From contig WELB01000004.1 in NCBI GenBank assembly GCA_009602725.1, positions 763,277-827,276 on the forward strand: 64,000 bases of DNA, in the 5' to 3' direction. The stretch is from Spirogloea muscicola (taxonomy: Eukaryota). This document shows, piece after piece, positions 27,501 through 39,962 of this stretch (the first letter of the stretch is position 1; the number at the start of each line of letters is the position of its first letter). The position numbers and the translations under genes were made by a program. Under the pieces are notes generated by a model. It was not told the DNA's origin and searched no databases. It saw only the letters and a list, made by a program, of their open reading frames with translations.

Positions 27501-28375
27501 CTTTGGTTTCTTAGCGCTTCCTCTGGCTTCCTCTGGCCCCCTTCTCGTTCTTTGTTCATTCTTTTTTGGGCTGGCTTGTCCAGCCCCTATCCTCAATGGG
27601 CGAGCCCTTTCTTCCGATGAGACGAGGTGGTGAGAAGGCCGCGTGCCGCCTCGGCTGCCCGGCGCCCTCCCCTTCGTGCTCACCGCTCTTAGGCCCCTCT
27701 GAACCTTTGTGAATTCTTTTTGGGCTGGCTTTTCGCAGCCCTTGCCCCCATTGGGAGTGGCACTTCTTTCGTAAGAGATGGGCTTGCCAGCTGCATATCT
27801 GTCGTTCTTGCGACGACTTATTTCGGCCTCTTTGCAGCGTGCTCCAGGCTTAATGCCTTGCACCAGAAAGCTGGGCGAGCTCTAGTTGGTGGCAGAAGGG
27901 CTTCGTATCTGACATCTAGTATTCATGCACCGATTAGCGACCTTTATGCTTTGACCCGTGGTTACTGAGCGGGTCAAACTGCTGAAGGTTATGTATGTAG
28001 GTCTACAGATGTGCTTGCCTTTGTACTTGGCCATTTGCCCAGGCATTTGTTTCAGATACACAAGATTCCTCTCTTCCGTCTCCCTTCATTCATTCTTCTC
28101 GGTGCTGGCCAACCCAAGCCATCGCCCTCTACTGGAAAAGAGCCGTGATGTGCCTGCCCCTCGCAGGCTCGCCCCCCGCCCCCAGCCGCTGTCCTCGAGC
28201 TAGCTGTCCCCCAGCCGCTGTCCTTCAGCTATTCAGACTTGCATCTTCTGACTGAGAGTCCCCTTGCTGCTGTCTTAGTACTTGGCACCCAGGATTCTTC
28301 TGTCCTTGTCCATTCCTTTCGGGCTGGCCTCTCCCAGCCACCAGTCAATCTGGCCGCGCTTGCTACCTCGAGCGG
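24550..28375. mobile_element. Nest of short CRE-like retroelement 3' ends (families A, C, C', D, E, F) in the divergent SWSAP1/UBC promoter region
   Basis: About 11 LTRGY*-type termini on both strands (e.g. 24780-, 25309-, 26405-, 26574+, 26900+, 27167-, 27450+, 27950+), each with a family-specific 3' UTR. Confidence 0.85.
26479..26501. repeat. Short interstitial plant-type telomere repeat / telo-box (CTAAACC)n
   Basis: ctaaattctaaaccctaaaccct: two perfect TAAACCC units plus one degenerate unit. Confidence 0.55.
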
Positions 28376-28480
28376 CAGCAGTCGCGCTGTTTCATCGACA
28401 CGGCAAGCACCGGCGGCCGCCGTCTCGCAGGCGCCCGCCGCCCCGCCGCCGCCCCAGCGCGCGCCCGCCGCTCCGCCCCN

Positions 28481-31400
28481 CCCGCGGACCGGCCCCTGGC
28501 GGGGCGCAGCAGCAAGGACGTGGCGGTGTTCACGGACGACGTGGTGGCGCACCCCGACCACCCGCGGCGCCTGGGCATCGTGACGCGGGTGTTCGGCGAC
28601 AGCGAGGGCGAGGAGAGCGAGGACGAGGAGGCCGGCGGCGAGGAGGACGACACTCCGCTGCCCGAGGGCCACGTGCGCATCTCCTGGCTCACCGGTGACG
28701 TGTGGGCCGACCACGTCCCGCGCGACAGCCTCCGCGTCCTCGACCGGTCCTTCCTGCACGGCGACATCGTCGCGTGGGCCCAGGATCCGCTGGGCATGAT
28801 GGGCACCGTCGTGGCCGTGGAGCTCCGCGTGGAGCTGGAGCGGCCCGGCGGCGCCCGCGTGCCGGACGTGGACAGCCGGCTGCTCCGCCCGGTCCGGCCG
28901 CTGTGGCCCGGCCAGTACGTCGTCCACGGCTCCTGGCTGGGCCGCGTCGAGGACGTCCTGGACACTGTCACGGTGGCCTTCGACGACGGCGCGCGCTGCC
29001 GGCTCCAGGACGTGGACGAGGAGCGGCTGGAGCCTGTCCAGCAGAGCCCGATCGACGACGAGAAGGAGTCGCCCTACTATCCCGGGCAGCGCGTGGAGGC
29101 CGACAGGTCGTCTCTGTATCGGGACGCTCAGTGGCTGCACGGAGCTTGGAAGACCCAGCGGAGGCAGGGCACCGTGGTCCAAGTCGAGGCGGGCACGGTG
29201 ACGGTTTTCTGGCTCGCAGCTGGCGGGCCCAAGGGCACCCACCGACACGAGGCTCCTCCGGACGTGCCGGCCGAGCGCATGCAGGCCGAGGACCTTGTGC
29301 CCCTCATGTACTTCTACCACACCAACTGGGGCCTCGGCGACTACACCATGCCAATACCAGAGCCCGCCCCAGAAGCGCGTCCAGGGTCGGGCGAGGACGA
29401 CTCGGACGGTGCTCCTGACGATGCCCCTGGTGAAGCCGCGGCACTGCAGCCAGCTGTCCCGAGGAAGAAGAGCAAGGCCCGCGCCAAGAAGCAGAGAAGG
29501 AGGGCACGCCGGAGGGAGGCAGAGGCTGAGCAGGCTCTCTTGATTGTTGGCACCCACACGAAAGTGGATGTGCGGTGGCAGGATGCCACCTTGGTGAGTC
29601 ACTGCATGCCACAACAAGAGCTGGTGTTATAGCTTGCTGGGTGCTTTGCAAGGCAGGTCGCACACTTGCTGCTGCCGCATTCTCTTCTTGGCCGAATCTC
29701 TTATTTGCAAGAAGAGCTCCTTGTCAGAGATATTTACTTGGCCGCTGCTTGTATCTTGGTCAACAGTCTCAGGGGGTGGAGGCCAGCAGCTTGGTACCCG
29801 TCAATCACCTGGGGGACCATGACTTCTGGCCAGACGAGTACGTCCTTCAGCGGACAGTGGGGGAGGAGGCTCAGCAGGAGCGTTTGAATTCTCGAGCTGG
29901 CCTGGTGAAGAGCGTCGACTTCAAGCAAAGGACGGCTGTTGTGCAATGGTTGAAGCAGGTGCCCAGAAGAGCCCTGTTGTTGCCCGCCACTGTAAGCAGG
30001 ATTGTCACTATGGTCAGTAGTAAGTGGTTAACCGCCCTGCCTCATCGGCCTCGTCTCGGCAGGTCAGTGAGCCTCATGAGAGCTTGGAGTTTGAGGAGGG
30101 GGAGCTCGTCTCTGTGTATGAGCTCCTTGAGCACCCAGACTACACATATCGTCTAGGAGACGTCGTCATTGGCCTCCGTTCTGCACCAGATGCTGAAAGC
30201 CAACCAGATCAAGCCCAACCTTTTGAAGCCCAACCAGATCAAGCCCAAGTCAACGTCGCCCAAGTTGATGACGTCGGTCAGACGGAGCCTAAGGTGGAAG
30301 AAGATGGGAGGAGCTCTGCAGTGATGGAGAAGGACCTCTCCTGGGTTGGCGAAATTGCAGGCCTAGAAGCAGGAGAAATCTTGGTTGCATGGGCTGATGG
30401 TGTTGTTTCCAAGGTCGGTCCAAGTGCACTCCCTTTTGCAGGCCTGTAACATGAAGCTGGAAACGACCAGTACATGGGGTGCTTAGTGAGTTGAATTTTT
30501 CGTAAAAAAGTCATGGCTGAAAGAGATTTCATATTATGACTGAGGATGCTTTCATCATCTGTTGCACAGGTCGGACCTCAAGCAATATACGTTGTCAGCA
30601 GGGAGGATGACTATGGACCCAACGAAGCTGGAGATGACGCTGCGAGCTGGGAGACAACAGACTCCATGGCTGATCCTGCCGACAACGAAAGGGTGCGCAA
30701 AGGGATGTCGTTGATGTCTTGCATGACCAGGCCTAGCTCCAAGTGAAAATCTGGTACGGTTCTATTGCAACTGGAGATGATGGCAAGAGCAAGTGGAGTG
30801 ACCCTTGTCTCTTGGGCATGTGCTATCAGAGGGTGGTCAGGGGTTGCTGCTCAGGCTCAGCCCATGTATGACACCTCTGATAGGGTATATCAGCCCAAGT
30901 CTGACGGATGCGCAAAGCTGTTTTGATCAGTTGGACTTTCCTCACCCTTGTGTTCAGGAGGAACTCCACAGGATTGCCGATATGGAGGCCTTGCTAAATG
31001 GAGGTCATTCCACGATCGACAATCAGCAGCGGGCTGCAGGAGCTTTTGAAGCTCATGGCTCTCCGGATTCTGAGCCAAGTGCAGCGGGCATCTTCACCCC
31101 CTTGTCTCAAGCCACGATGGGGCTGGCTAGTAGGCTCGCTGGCCTTGCAGCTGGGCTGGTCAGGAAGGGGGAACAGCTGCCAGGCGCCAGATCGATGACG
31201 AGCCTGCCTCGCAGGTCCAGCCATGGACTGGAGGATCTTCTTACGCCTGATGAAGGGAATGGCCAATCAGAGTCCAGTCCCTCACTTCTTGTCAATCGGT
31301 CTGCACCGGTTGCAAAACACATGGTGGAAGGGGCTGTGTCTGCTTCTCGGATGAATGGCGGCCTAAGTCAGCAGCTTGCAGGTGCACAAGATGCGGAGGA

Positions 31401-33310
31401 GGACTCAAGAACACAGCCAAGAGATGGTGCTGGTATTGATGACGTTACGGATAACAGTGGTGGGCAAGAAAACTGTGCGGAGTCTTCTGGCACAGGGCAT
31501 GCAGAAGTTGGTCAATTGGCCAATGGAAGCTCAAGCTATGAGCACTTTGACATCGTGATAGATGCCTCTGATCATCACTATGTATCAAACGTTGGGCAGG
31601 TACGCACAGATTCCACCCTATTGTCCCACAGAGACAATGGTAATGGTTCATATGGACCACTATGACTTGGGCATCGCAATCGATCCTGGACTCAGTCCTG
31701 GCAACCTTGAAGTGTGCATTTCTAACAGCAGAGTGGTCCTCTTGATTTTGACTTGGTCTCAGATTACCCCAAGTCGCAAATGGTCAAAGAAGGTGCAGCA
31801 GGAGTGGGCGTCACTGCAGAACAGTCTCCCAGGTACTTAGTGCTGAATAGACTGCACATGCATTCTCATGTGGTTTGTGATTTCATCAAGTGATTAAGGC
31901 TGGTACCAGGGTTTAATTCTTGCTTGTCATTACTTACTCATCGACCTCCGTGCACAGCTTTGTGCACTAAGATGACCATCTTTGATGGTTGTGCCCTTGA
32001 TTTTCCACAGAGAGTGTCTATGTCAGGGCTTATGAGGATCGCATGGATCTCCTGCGTGCTGTTATTGTGGGTGCACCAGGCACGCCATATCACAATGGCC
32101 TCTTTGTGTTTGACATTTTCATTCCTCCAGATTATCCAGCTGTACCGCCTGTGAGTCTTGGCTTCTGTGTATATTGCTTCTCCATTGTATGCACAACGAG
32201 AAACCAGATGGAGTGCGCTGTTTGACAGGATCTCACAGCTTTCTCATTCATAGCAGTAGGTGGACCTTATTCTGCTTGCTAGCACTCTGATAAATCTCCA
32301 GGGAAAGCAAGTAGATTGAACTCATCTTTGTTGTTTTACAGGTTGTCTATTATCATTCCCGGGGGTTACGAATCAATCCCAATCTATATGAGGACGGCAA
32401 AGTTTGTCTGAGCCTATTGAACACATGGACTGGTAAAGGGACCGAAGTATGGGACCCTCAATCGTCAACAATTCTCCAGGTAGCTTTCTCTTATCTGGAA
32501 CTTGGTCCTTTTGTTGATGTACATGTAGGGATGTGGGTGGAAGGCAGCACCACAAACGTAGAATCTTTTGAGGATCTTGCCAGTCAATAATTAGTGTTTA
32601 CTGGAGCAGATTGCCCAGTTACATCATGTCCACCTTAGCACAAGTTTCTGGTGGTGGTGGTGAGCACGAGTGACTCTGACAACAACTCTCACACCATTCG
32701 TGATGTTGTCATATCAGGTCCTTGTGTCCATTCAGGGCCTTGTTCTTGTGGCCAAGCCTTACTACAATGAGGCTGGATACGAAAAACAGATGGGTAGCGA
32801 GGAAGGGGAGAGAAACTCTCTGATCTACAATGAGAGCGCTTTTCTTCTAACATGCCAGACCACGCTACATCTTCTTCAAAGCCCACCAAAGGTATACACA
32901 AGCTTACTCTTTTCTCTCTCTTTTGGCCCTTATTGCACAAGTACAGGGATGTTGGACTTGCTTGTCCTTGGCTTGTGGGCCTGCCATGCATACAAGGAAG
33001 TAGACACTTCCTTCTGGATCTAAAAAGGCTTCTCAAGTCTCTGATCCTGATGATGGAGTGAGGACTCTGGAGCTGTTTTCCCACTTTGCAGCACGTCAGC
33101 GGATTGGTCAAGCAACACTTCGGAGAGAAGGCTCAGGATATATTGCGGAGCTGCGCTGTGATCTTGGGAGAGGAGGGCGGTGAGAGGGAAGACGGAGCTG
33201 GACCCAGCGAGAGCAGCTCAGCTGGCTTGAAAATTGTGCTGTCCAAGCTACGGTCCAAGCTTAGGGAAGCATTTGCAAGGTCCTTCTCCGATGAACCTTT
33301 GAGTTCTTGA
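28481..33310 (+). CDS. UBC23: Large E2/E3-hybrid ubiquitin-conjugating enzyme (UBC23/UBE2O-like); start lost at the N join
   Basis: N-terminal [47 protein letters not shown] domain [55 protein letters not shown] (catalytic Cys)..[19 protein letters not shown]. Confidence 0.9.
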
Positions 33311-33632
33311 GAGCCAGGCAATGGCGGGACCAACTTCCTGGAGTGGTCTGACTGGCCCCGTCCAGCTTTATTCCATACTGGCTGTGCCCCTGACCGGGCA
33401 TCTGCCTCAGGGTACAAAGCCCCACTGCTTGAAATGTTTATTGAAATTTCCAATATTCGCGCACTGCTTGCTCGCACTCAACTCCGTCGCTGCACTCTCG
33501 CCAAGCCTCTAGTTTGTCCTTACCGGCACGCTGCTTGCCCCTGCTGGACTCCTGGCTGCGCCTTCGCCTTCGATCAACATCGTCTTTACACCTTTGCTGG
33601 ACCTCCGGTTCGTTTTCACTTTCGCTTTTGAT

Positions 33633-34495
33633 TGTCCACGACTACATCTCATTTTGCAGGCAAGTGCTACCATCTCTATAATGATTATTCCTCGACATGG
33701 CTTCTTCCGGCCGCACTACGTCTGGCGGCTCTGTGTCCGGCGGCACTAATACTTCTAACGTGTCTGCGAATCTCGAAACTAGACAGGTTATGGGCCCACC
33801 AGGGGCGTTTGAGATTTTATCTCCAGCTGCGCTCGTCACCAGAATTTCTGGCGAAGCTTCTCAACCTGGCAATGGAAGATTTCAATGCATCTGCAGACTA
33901 GGAATTTGTTTGGCATAGTTGATGGAACAGATGCAGAACCTCTTCCGACGCATCAAGACTACTGTACTTGGGTAAGGGAAATTCAGCAGGTGATGGCTAC
34001 GCTATCCCTTAATATTGACGATGGTCATCTGATCCACATCCAGAACCTTTCGACAGCCAAGCAGATGATGGACAACCTGAACGCAATCTATGAAAATACA
34101 TCAGGAGCTTCCAATAACCAAAATCAGGACTTGTCAACTGTACGACGATCAACTAGAACAAAAAACCTGTTGTCCACTTAGACAGATTGCCAAGGTACTT
34201 TCTTCTTCTTCCAACGATAGTATTGATACACCTTGCAGCCTGCAAGCAGCTCTGAGTTCTGCACATACAGAATCAAGGAAGCAAGCAATTGCTGACGAGA
34301 TGAACTCGCTACTACAAAACACAACGTGGAAATTTAGAAACTTTACCTGCAGGAAGGAGGGCAATTGAACATAAGTGGGTCTTCAAGGTTGAGCAAAATG
34401 CTGATGGAGGAATAGACAAATACAAGGCCAGGTTGGTTGCAAATGGTTGTGAGGAAAAGGAAGACATCGATTTCAACGAAACCTTTGCTCCAACG
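33633..34495 (+). mobile_element. Internally deleted Ty1/copia remnant: putative short 5' LTR, PBS, gag start fused to RT start
   Basis: tgtc..gaca (33633-33785) is followed by GGTTATGGGCCCA. Then gag-like LFGIVDG..AKQMMDNLNAIY joins RRSTR..AIADEMNSL..KWVFK..YKARLVANG..IDFNETFAP, with frameshifts. Confidence 0.85.
33786..33798 (+). other. Primer-binding site of the half-tRNA(iMet) type
   Basis: CA|GGTTATGGGCCCA is the PBS type known from Drosophila copia and related elements. Confidence 0.7.
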
Positions 34496-35000
34496 TGGCC
34501 TTGCATTGGTCTACTCCTCCATCAGCATTCCGCTTATCGTTTGAAGACCCAAATGTTTCCAATTGCCCTCCTTCCTGCAGGTAGACTTTCTATTCTCCAC
34601 ATTTTGTTCTTTAGTAGCGAGTTCATCACGTCAGCAATTGCTTGCTTCCATTGTTCTGCATGTGCAGAATTCAGAGCTGCTTGCAAGCTGAAAGGTGTAT
34701 CCATACTGTCGTTGGAAGAAGAAGAATATACCTCGGCAAGTTGTCCAAAGTGGACGACAGGTTTTCTTGTTCTAGTTGATCGTCGTACAATAGATAAGTC
34801 CTGATTTTGATTATTGGAAGCTCGTGATATGTTGTCATAGATTGCATTCAGGTTGTTCCACATCTGCTTGGCTGTGGGAAGGTTCTGGATGTGGATCAAA
34901 TGACCATCATCAATATTACGGGATAGCATAGCCATCACCTTCTGATTTCCCTTATCCAAGTATAGTAGTCCTGATGCGTCGGAAGAAGGTTCTGCATCTG
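34496..35000 (-). mobile_element. Second, inverted copy of the same deleted copia element
   Basis: ORF 34534-34959 (NIDDGHLIHIQNLPTAKQMW..RRSTR..WKQAIADVMNSL..LPAGRRAIGNIWVFK) mirrors 33928-34430. Confidence 0.85.
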
Positions 35001-35254
35001 GAGCGTCAAGCTCATGATGTTGCTGGCCACTTTCAAGCAGTTAATGAGGTGCTCATATGACGCCATCATGTGCCCTCCTGGGCACGTTGGCAGTTGACAG
35101 GATCCTCGTTCGCAAGTCAGTGAAACAAGTAAAGGCCTCTACCCTGATCTACAATGCGATGGATGAGTAGCTCTGTGTGCAAGAAGGGCGACGAAGTCTG
35201 GAAGTTTGCGTCATGGCAAGCACTGCTTCACAAGAGAACACGCAGCTCCTAGGA

Positions 35255-35680
35255 AAGAACAAGCGCGGCCAGATTGACTGGTGGCTGGGAGAGGCCAGCC
35301 CAATCAAATGGACAAGGTCTGAAGAAGCCGGAGTGCTAAGGACAAAGACATCAGCAACAAGACTCTCAGTAACCTCTCGTCGGGGGCGAGCGCTGTGAGG
35401 AGGCCAGCCCGAAACAGAGTTGACGAGAAGAAAGAAAGGGCTCGCCCATTGAGGATAGGGGCTGGGAAAGCCAGCCCAAGAAAGAATGAACAAAGTACGA
35501 GAAGGAGAGCAAGTGGCTTCTCTCCCGAAGAGAGAGAGAAGGCGCGCGGGGCGCATGAATTGAAAGGGAGGCCAATTCAAGCCAATACATTGTTCAGGCG
35601 AAGGAAAACGTGTGCTTGAGAGAAACAAAGGCCAAATGGCTAAGTACATAGGAGGCAAGCACATTTGAAGACCTGAAGGG
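35255..35680 (-). mobile_element. Stack of CRE-like 3'-UTR fragments (F, E, A, C), all on the minus strand, upstream of the JmjC gene
   Basis: Matches by eye to 26290-26410, 62005-62075, 53845-53910 and 27085-27140. Confidence 0.8.
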
Positions 35681-35758
35681 GGCAAGGGCGTCTGGGCTCC
35701 CTCACGGCAGCACGGCAGCTCCGCCTGCGGGCCTGACCCGTGGAGGCGGCAGGCCGCC

Positions 35759-38700
35759 ATGGCCGTCGCGGGCGCCGAGCACGCGTGGCGCGTCCGCGAC
35801 ATGCCCTCCGCCGCCGGGCCCGACGCCTTCGCCGCCTCCTGCGAGGACCCCAATCTGCCCGCTGTGAGGAAGCCGCCGCCGCACAGCCAGCGGCACACGG
35901 CGGCGCCACCGCGACCGCCTGCCAGTGGCTTCTCCAGCGAGCTGCTCTGACTGTGGGCCTCGGGCTGGCTGGTGGGCGCTGACGACGGGGCAGGTCTTCC
36001 GAGGCCTGGTGAGCGGCTGGCCGGCTGCTCGCCTCTGGGGGCCACCGGCCGAAGACGGCTCCTTCCGCAGGCTCCGGGTGAGGCCCGATGGCCTGGCCAG
36101 CCCAGACCCTTTCCGGCGACGTCGCGCTGCAAGCAGAACCCGAAAGCCCAGACACCCGGCCAACAGCCCTCAGGACAAGCTCCCCAAGGGCCTGCAGGCG
36201 TTTGGCGGCATGCTGTTGCGAGCAGCCCACACAGATGCATGGGATGTCAAGTTCAGGCCTCTTGGTACTGCCGGCACTACTGTGTTGCTGCAGACGTGCC
36301 GAGCCAGTTGTGCTCCCAGCCAGATGCTGGCAGTGCGTGCCGAACCCATGAACAGGACGTACTTGTGACGCCATTGTCAATGTCACACGCCCTGATGGTG
36401 GAACTTTTCCTGGAGACGCTGCGAGGCTGAGCAGTTAGTTGTCTATCTGGCAGGCCTTAGCTGGGGAAGCCACCGTGCAAGCCATGGCATCTGTGGGCCC
36501 TATCTTTTATGGCAACCTCGGCAGCCATGAGAGGGTACAGTCTCAACTTAAAATAAGCTGGAAGCATCAAGCACTGAGGCATGTGCACAGAGCACCTGCA
36601 GCTCAGAGGCACTGCTGACAACTGTACCTTTGGCCTGGCTGGGTCAGGTGGCTGCTACTCTAGGTGACTTGCTGCAGCTTGCACCTCTTGCTAGCAGCCA
36701 ATGCCACCCAAGTGAGGCAGAGCAGTCGGTACTTGAACAAGCAGGAAAGCGGTCAGGTGCAGCTGCAGAAGGCCTAGATTTGCTTCAAGGGAAGCATTGC
36801 TACTTAGCCCAGGTCATCACCTTCTACTCAAATGTCGCTTTCCACAATATGCACAGCTGCTTTGGTAAACCACTGGTGTAATTCATGCTGTGTAGCTAAG
36901 CTACTTGGCAGTGACATAAGGAGACTGTAGTCGTTCTCAGTAATTGTGTACCTTCTGTGTCAAAACCTCGTGTGTCCTGTCTGTACCCCGACTGCATATC
37001 AGGCTCCCATGTACGACGCTGAAGACCGGACTGGAGTCTCCCTTGCTCCACTGCTGGAGGACATCCACAAGGTCGGCAAGTGTGCCCTTGGTGTCATCAG
37101 AACGGCCCTTTTTGTGATTCACTCTGGCCCCCTTTGCTTTTCTTCTCTATCTGCCCTTTGGCTACCTTTCTGCGCTCCATCTCTCTCGTACCTGCGCCGG
37201 TCAGCCACTTGCAAGATTCAATTTTGGAGAGTAGGATGCATGAGAGGTTGTGAATATGCTGGCCAGCAGATTGCGGCACAATGAGGCACTCCACTTCCAT
37301 CTTTCTGCAGTGCAGCCAGACATTCTCAAGAAGAAAGAGATTGCAAGTATCAACTTTTGGATGAGCTTTCATGCCTCAATCTCAAGCATACACTATGACC
37401 CCTATCATAACCTTCTTTGTGTGGTCAGTGGACGAAAGACAGGTAAGAAGTTACTGGCTTTGCAGCATGTGTTATTTTCAGCTCAAGCCGGCATGGCCCG
37501 TTGCTGTAGGAAGATGGACTCTGATGCACAAGCTAAGCAGTGATGTCTGTCATGCATGCAGTCAGCATATGGCCACCCTCAGCTGCAGCAAGTTTGTACC
37601 CAATGCCTCTATATGGAGAATCTTCCAACCACAGGTATGTGCTCTACTGAGTTGAGGTACCAAATATGCAGTGTTGGGCTTATGCATCGTAGGCTGCGCA
37701 GGAGATGGTACTGAAAGTGGCCCCTAATATGTACTTGTTGTCAGCAGTGCTATCAATCTGTTGCAACCTGATTATAAGCAGCACCCGCAAGCAGCAAACT
37801 ATCGCACCTTGTGCAAAAATATCACACTTGCTGCAGGCGATGCTCTCTTCCTGCCCGAGGGCTGGTACTGAGCTTTCCCAATCAACTCTTCATGATTATC
37901 CTTCTGCTCCCTGAAAGTATGGCTGTATGCCTGTATAGATGTTGCTCCTTATTCTGGAATTGCAATTCAGAAGTTTGTGATACTCCTGATTTTCGCAGGT
38001 ATCACCAAGTCGACAGTGAGAGATCGACTATTGCAGTCAATTTCTGGTGGCCATCGAAAGTGTGCCTGGCATTTGGATCGCACATGGACACGTATTATGC
38101 TCGCCGAATCCTGATTAGGTACTAAACTGGCACTGTATTCTTAGGCATCTGCCCAATGCTGCCTGTGCATGTACAGCACAGCACTGCTTGGACAGTAACT
38201 GACTGCTTCTCTTCACATGATGTTGTTGCAGCTTGTTGGACTATGAGAAGGTACATCTGCGACGTGCTTTACGCTTCACTTGTCACAGCAAGCCCTGCTG
38301 GGACGTGTATTGTATCATGCAAGCATGTCCTGAGGTGGTGGGACTCGTGTTGTTGGCTTGTTGCACGCGATATGCCAAGAAGAGTCATCTGTAGGTGGAG
38401 CCTCTTCTCTGCAGGCTGCACACCGTATTCAGGTCTTCTGAACCTGTATACTAACTCCTCTGATTGACTGACATGGACAAATGGGTGACTCCACAGAAGC
38501 GCACATTGGCAGCCATTGCACCCTTTCCTTCTGAGGAGGCTTGCCATCAAGCACAAGACAAGGAACCTCAGGACAGTAGTACGAGCAGCTTGCAGGCAGC
38601 AGATGTGTCAGCCTCACAGAGCCAGCCTAGATCACCTGGAGGCTTAGAGGATGGTGCTTTTCAACCACCCAGCTTGATGAATGATAAAGGAGATAAATCA

Positions 38701-39272
38701 GGATCAGGGACATCGAGAAAAGTCGATGTCCTAGCTGAGAGGAGGCACCATAAGATGAGCTCTAAGGGTGGACGACGTGCAAAGCGGCGGACGGATGCTG
38801 TCAAGGGCGAGTTTGTTCCTTCGTTGATCAAGCAAGGAGTTTCACTCGACAAGAAGGATGAGCAACAAGTTGAGAAGAGGCTAGGACGTAAGAGAAGTGC
38901 AACTGTGCAGTCTTTGACTGGCAGGGAGCAGATCTTGCTTCGGGCTCTTGTCATGGGAACTGCTGGCCAGTCAGGAGTCAGCCAGGAAGTCAAAGGAGAC
39001 CCTTCACCCAACTCAGGCATTCGAATGGATCACAGACTACGGGCAGGAGTGGAGACATCACGTGGGATGCCCAGTGATGCTGTGCCAGCAGATCAGACAG
39101 CGGCAGGAGGCAACATGATGACGGATACAGTTGCAAGAGTGTTCGCGGCTCTTGACCCACAAGAACTGCGGCGTGTACTCCTCGCCATGGTGGTGAGTGC
39201 TGTGAAGAATAGATGTGGCATTCGCCAATATATTGTACTTGCAACGTATGCTGGACATATGAATATAGATAG

Positions 39273-39303
<31 letters not shown>

Positions 39304-39962
39304 GGGGCATGACAATCGTCTGAGCCCGTTGTGATGCAAGTTGCAGCTGTGACATTGTCTGCAGGATGCTTTCCCTATCACCCTTCAAAATCTGATTTTT
39401 CAGGGGCTTAAGCCAAGTGCTGCTGAGTACCTCACAACAAAGTTGGAGGAAGGGGACTCCAGGTCTTGTGCCCACTATTGTTATGCAAGTGTGTTTGCAA
39501 AGATGCAACATTAGAAGCAGGTGCACATTCTTCTATGTTGGTTGACTTGAGAAGTAGTTGTTGATAAGAATCCTGTGCCATCAACGCGCCTTGGAGCTTG
39601 TGGCTAGCAGGGTTGCACATGAGCAGAGCGGGGAGAGCATGCCTGAGACGGAGGGCTGTACTGCAGTCTTCTATGAGAGATTCTACTCTGTGTTCAATGA
39701 CAAGCAAGCTGTCATGGCAGCCTTACTTTTGGCAAAGGAAGCATTCGCCAAGTCGGTAAGCAAGCAATGGCTAGGCGTCCCAGTTGCAATCTGTTGCCGT
39801 TAGCTTATCAGTTGTACAGCAAGTTGGTGTAACAGAACAATGCTCACCTGCTCCTAAGAGCGACTGTCACAGTTGACATAGTTTTCGAACTTGTGTGCTC
39901 AGGTACTGCAGCAAGTGTTGGATAAATATCTGGGGCTGAATGTTACCTGCCCAGGAGCTTGA
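35759..39962 (+). CDS. JmjC/cupin-like 2-oxoglutarate Fe(II) oxygenase (JMJ31-like)
   Basis: Exons read NLPA|VFRGLVSGWPA..|YLAQ|INFWM..SSIHYDPYHNLLCVVSGRK|..LYPMPLYGESSNH|LAAGDALFLPEGW|YHQVDS..IAVNFWW. The HxD...H triad is intact; ends VLDKYLG..PGA*. Confidence 0.88.
39262..39300. repeat. (AT)n microsatellite in an intron
   Basis: Direct reading. Confidence 0.9.
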
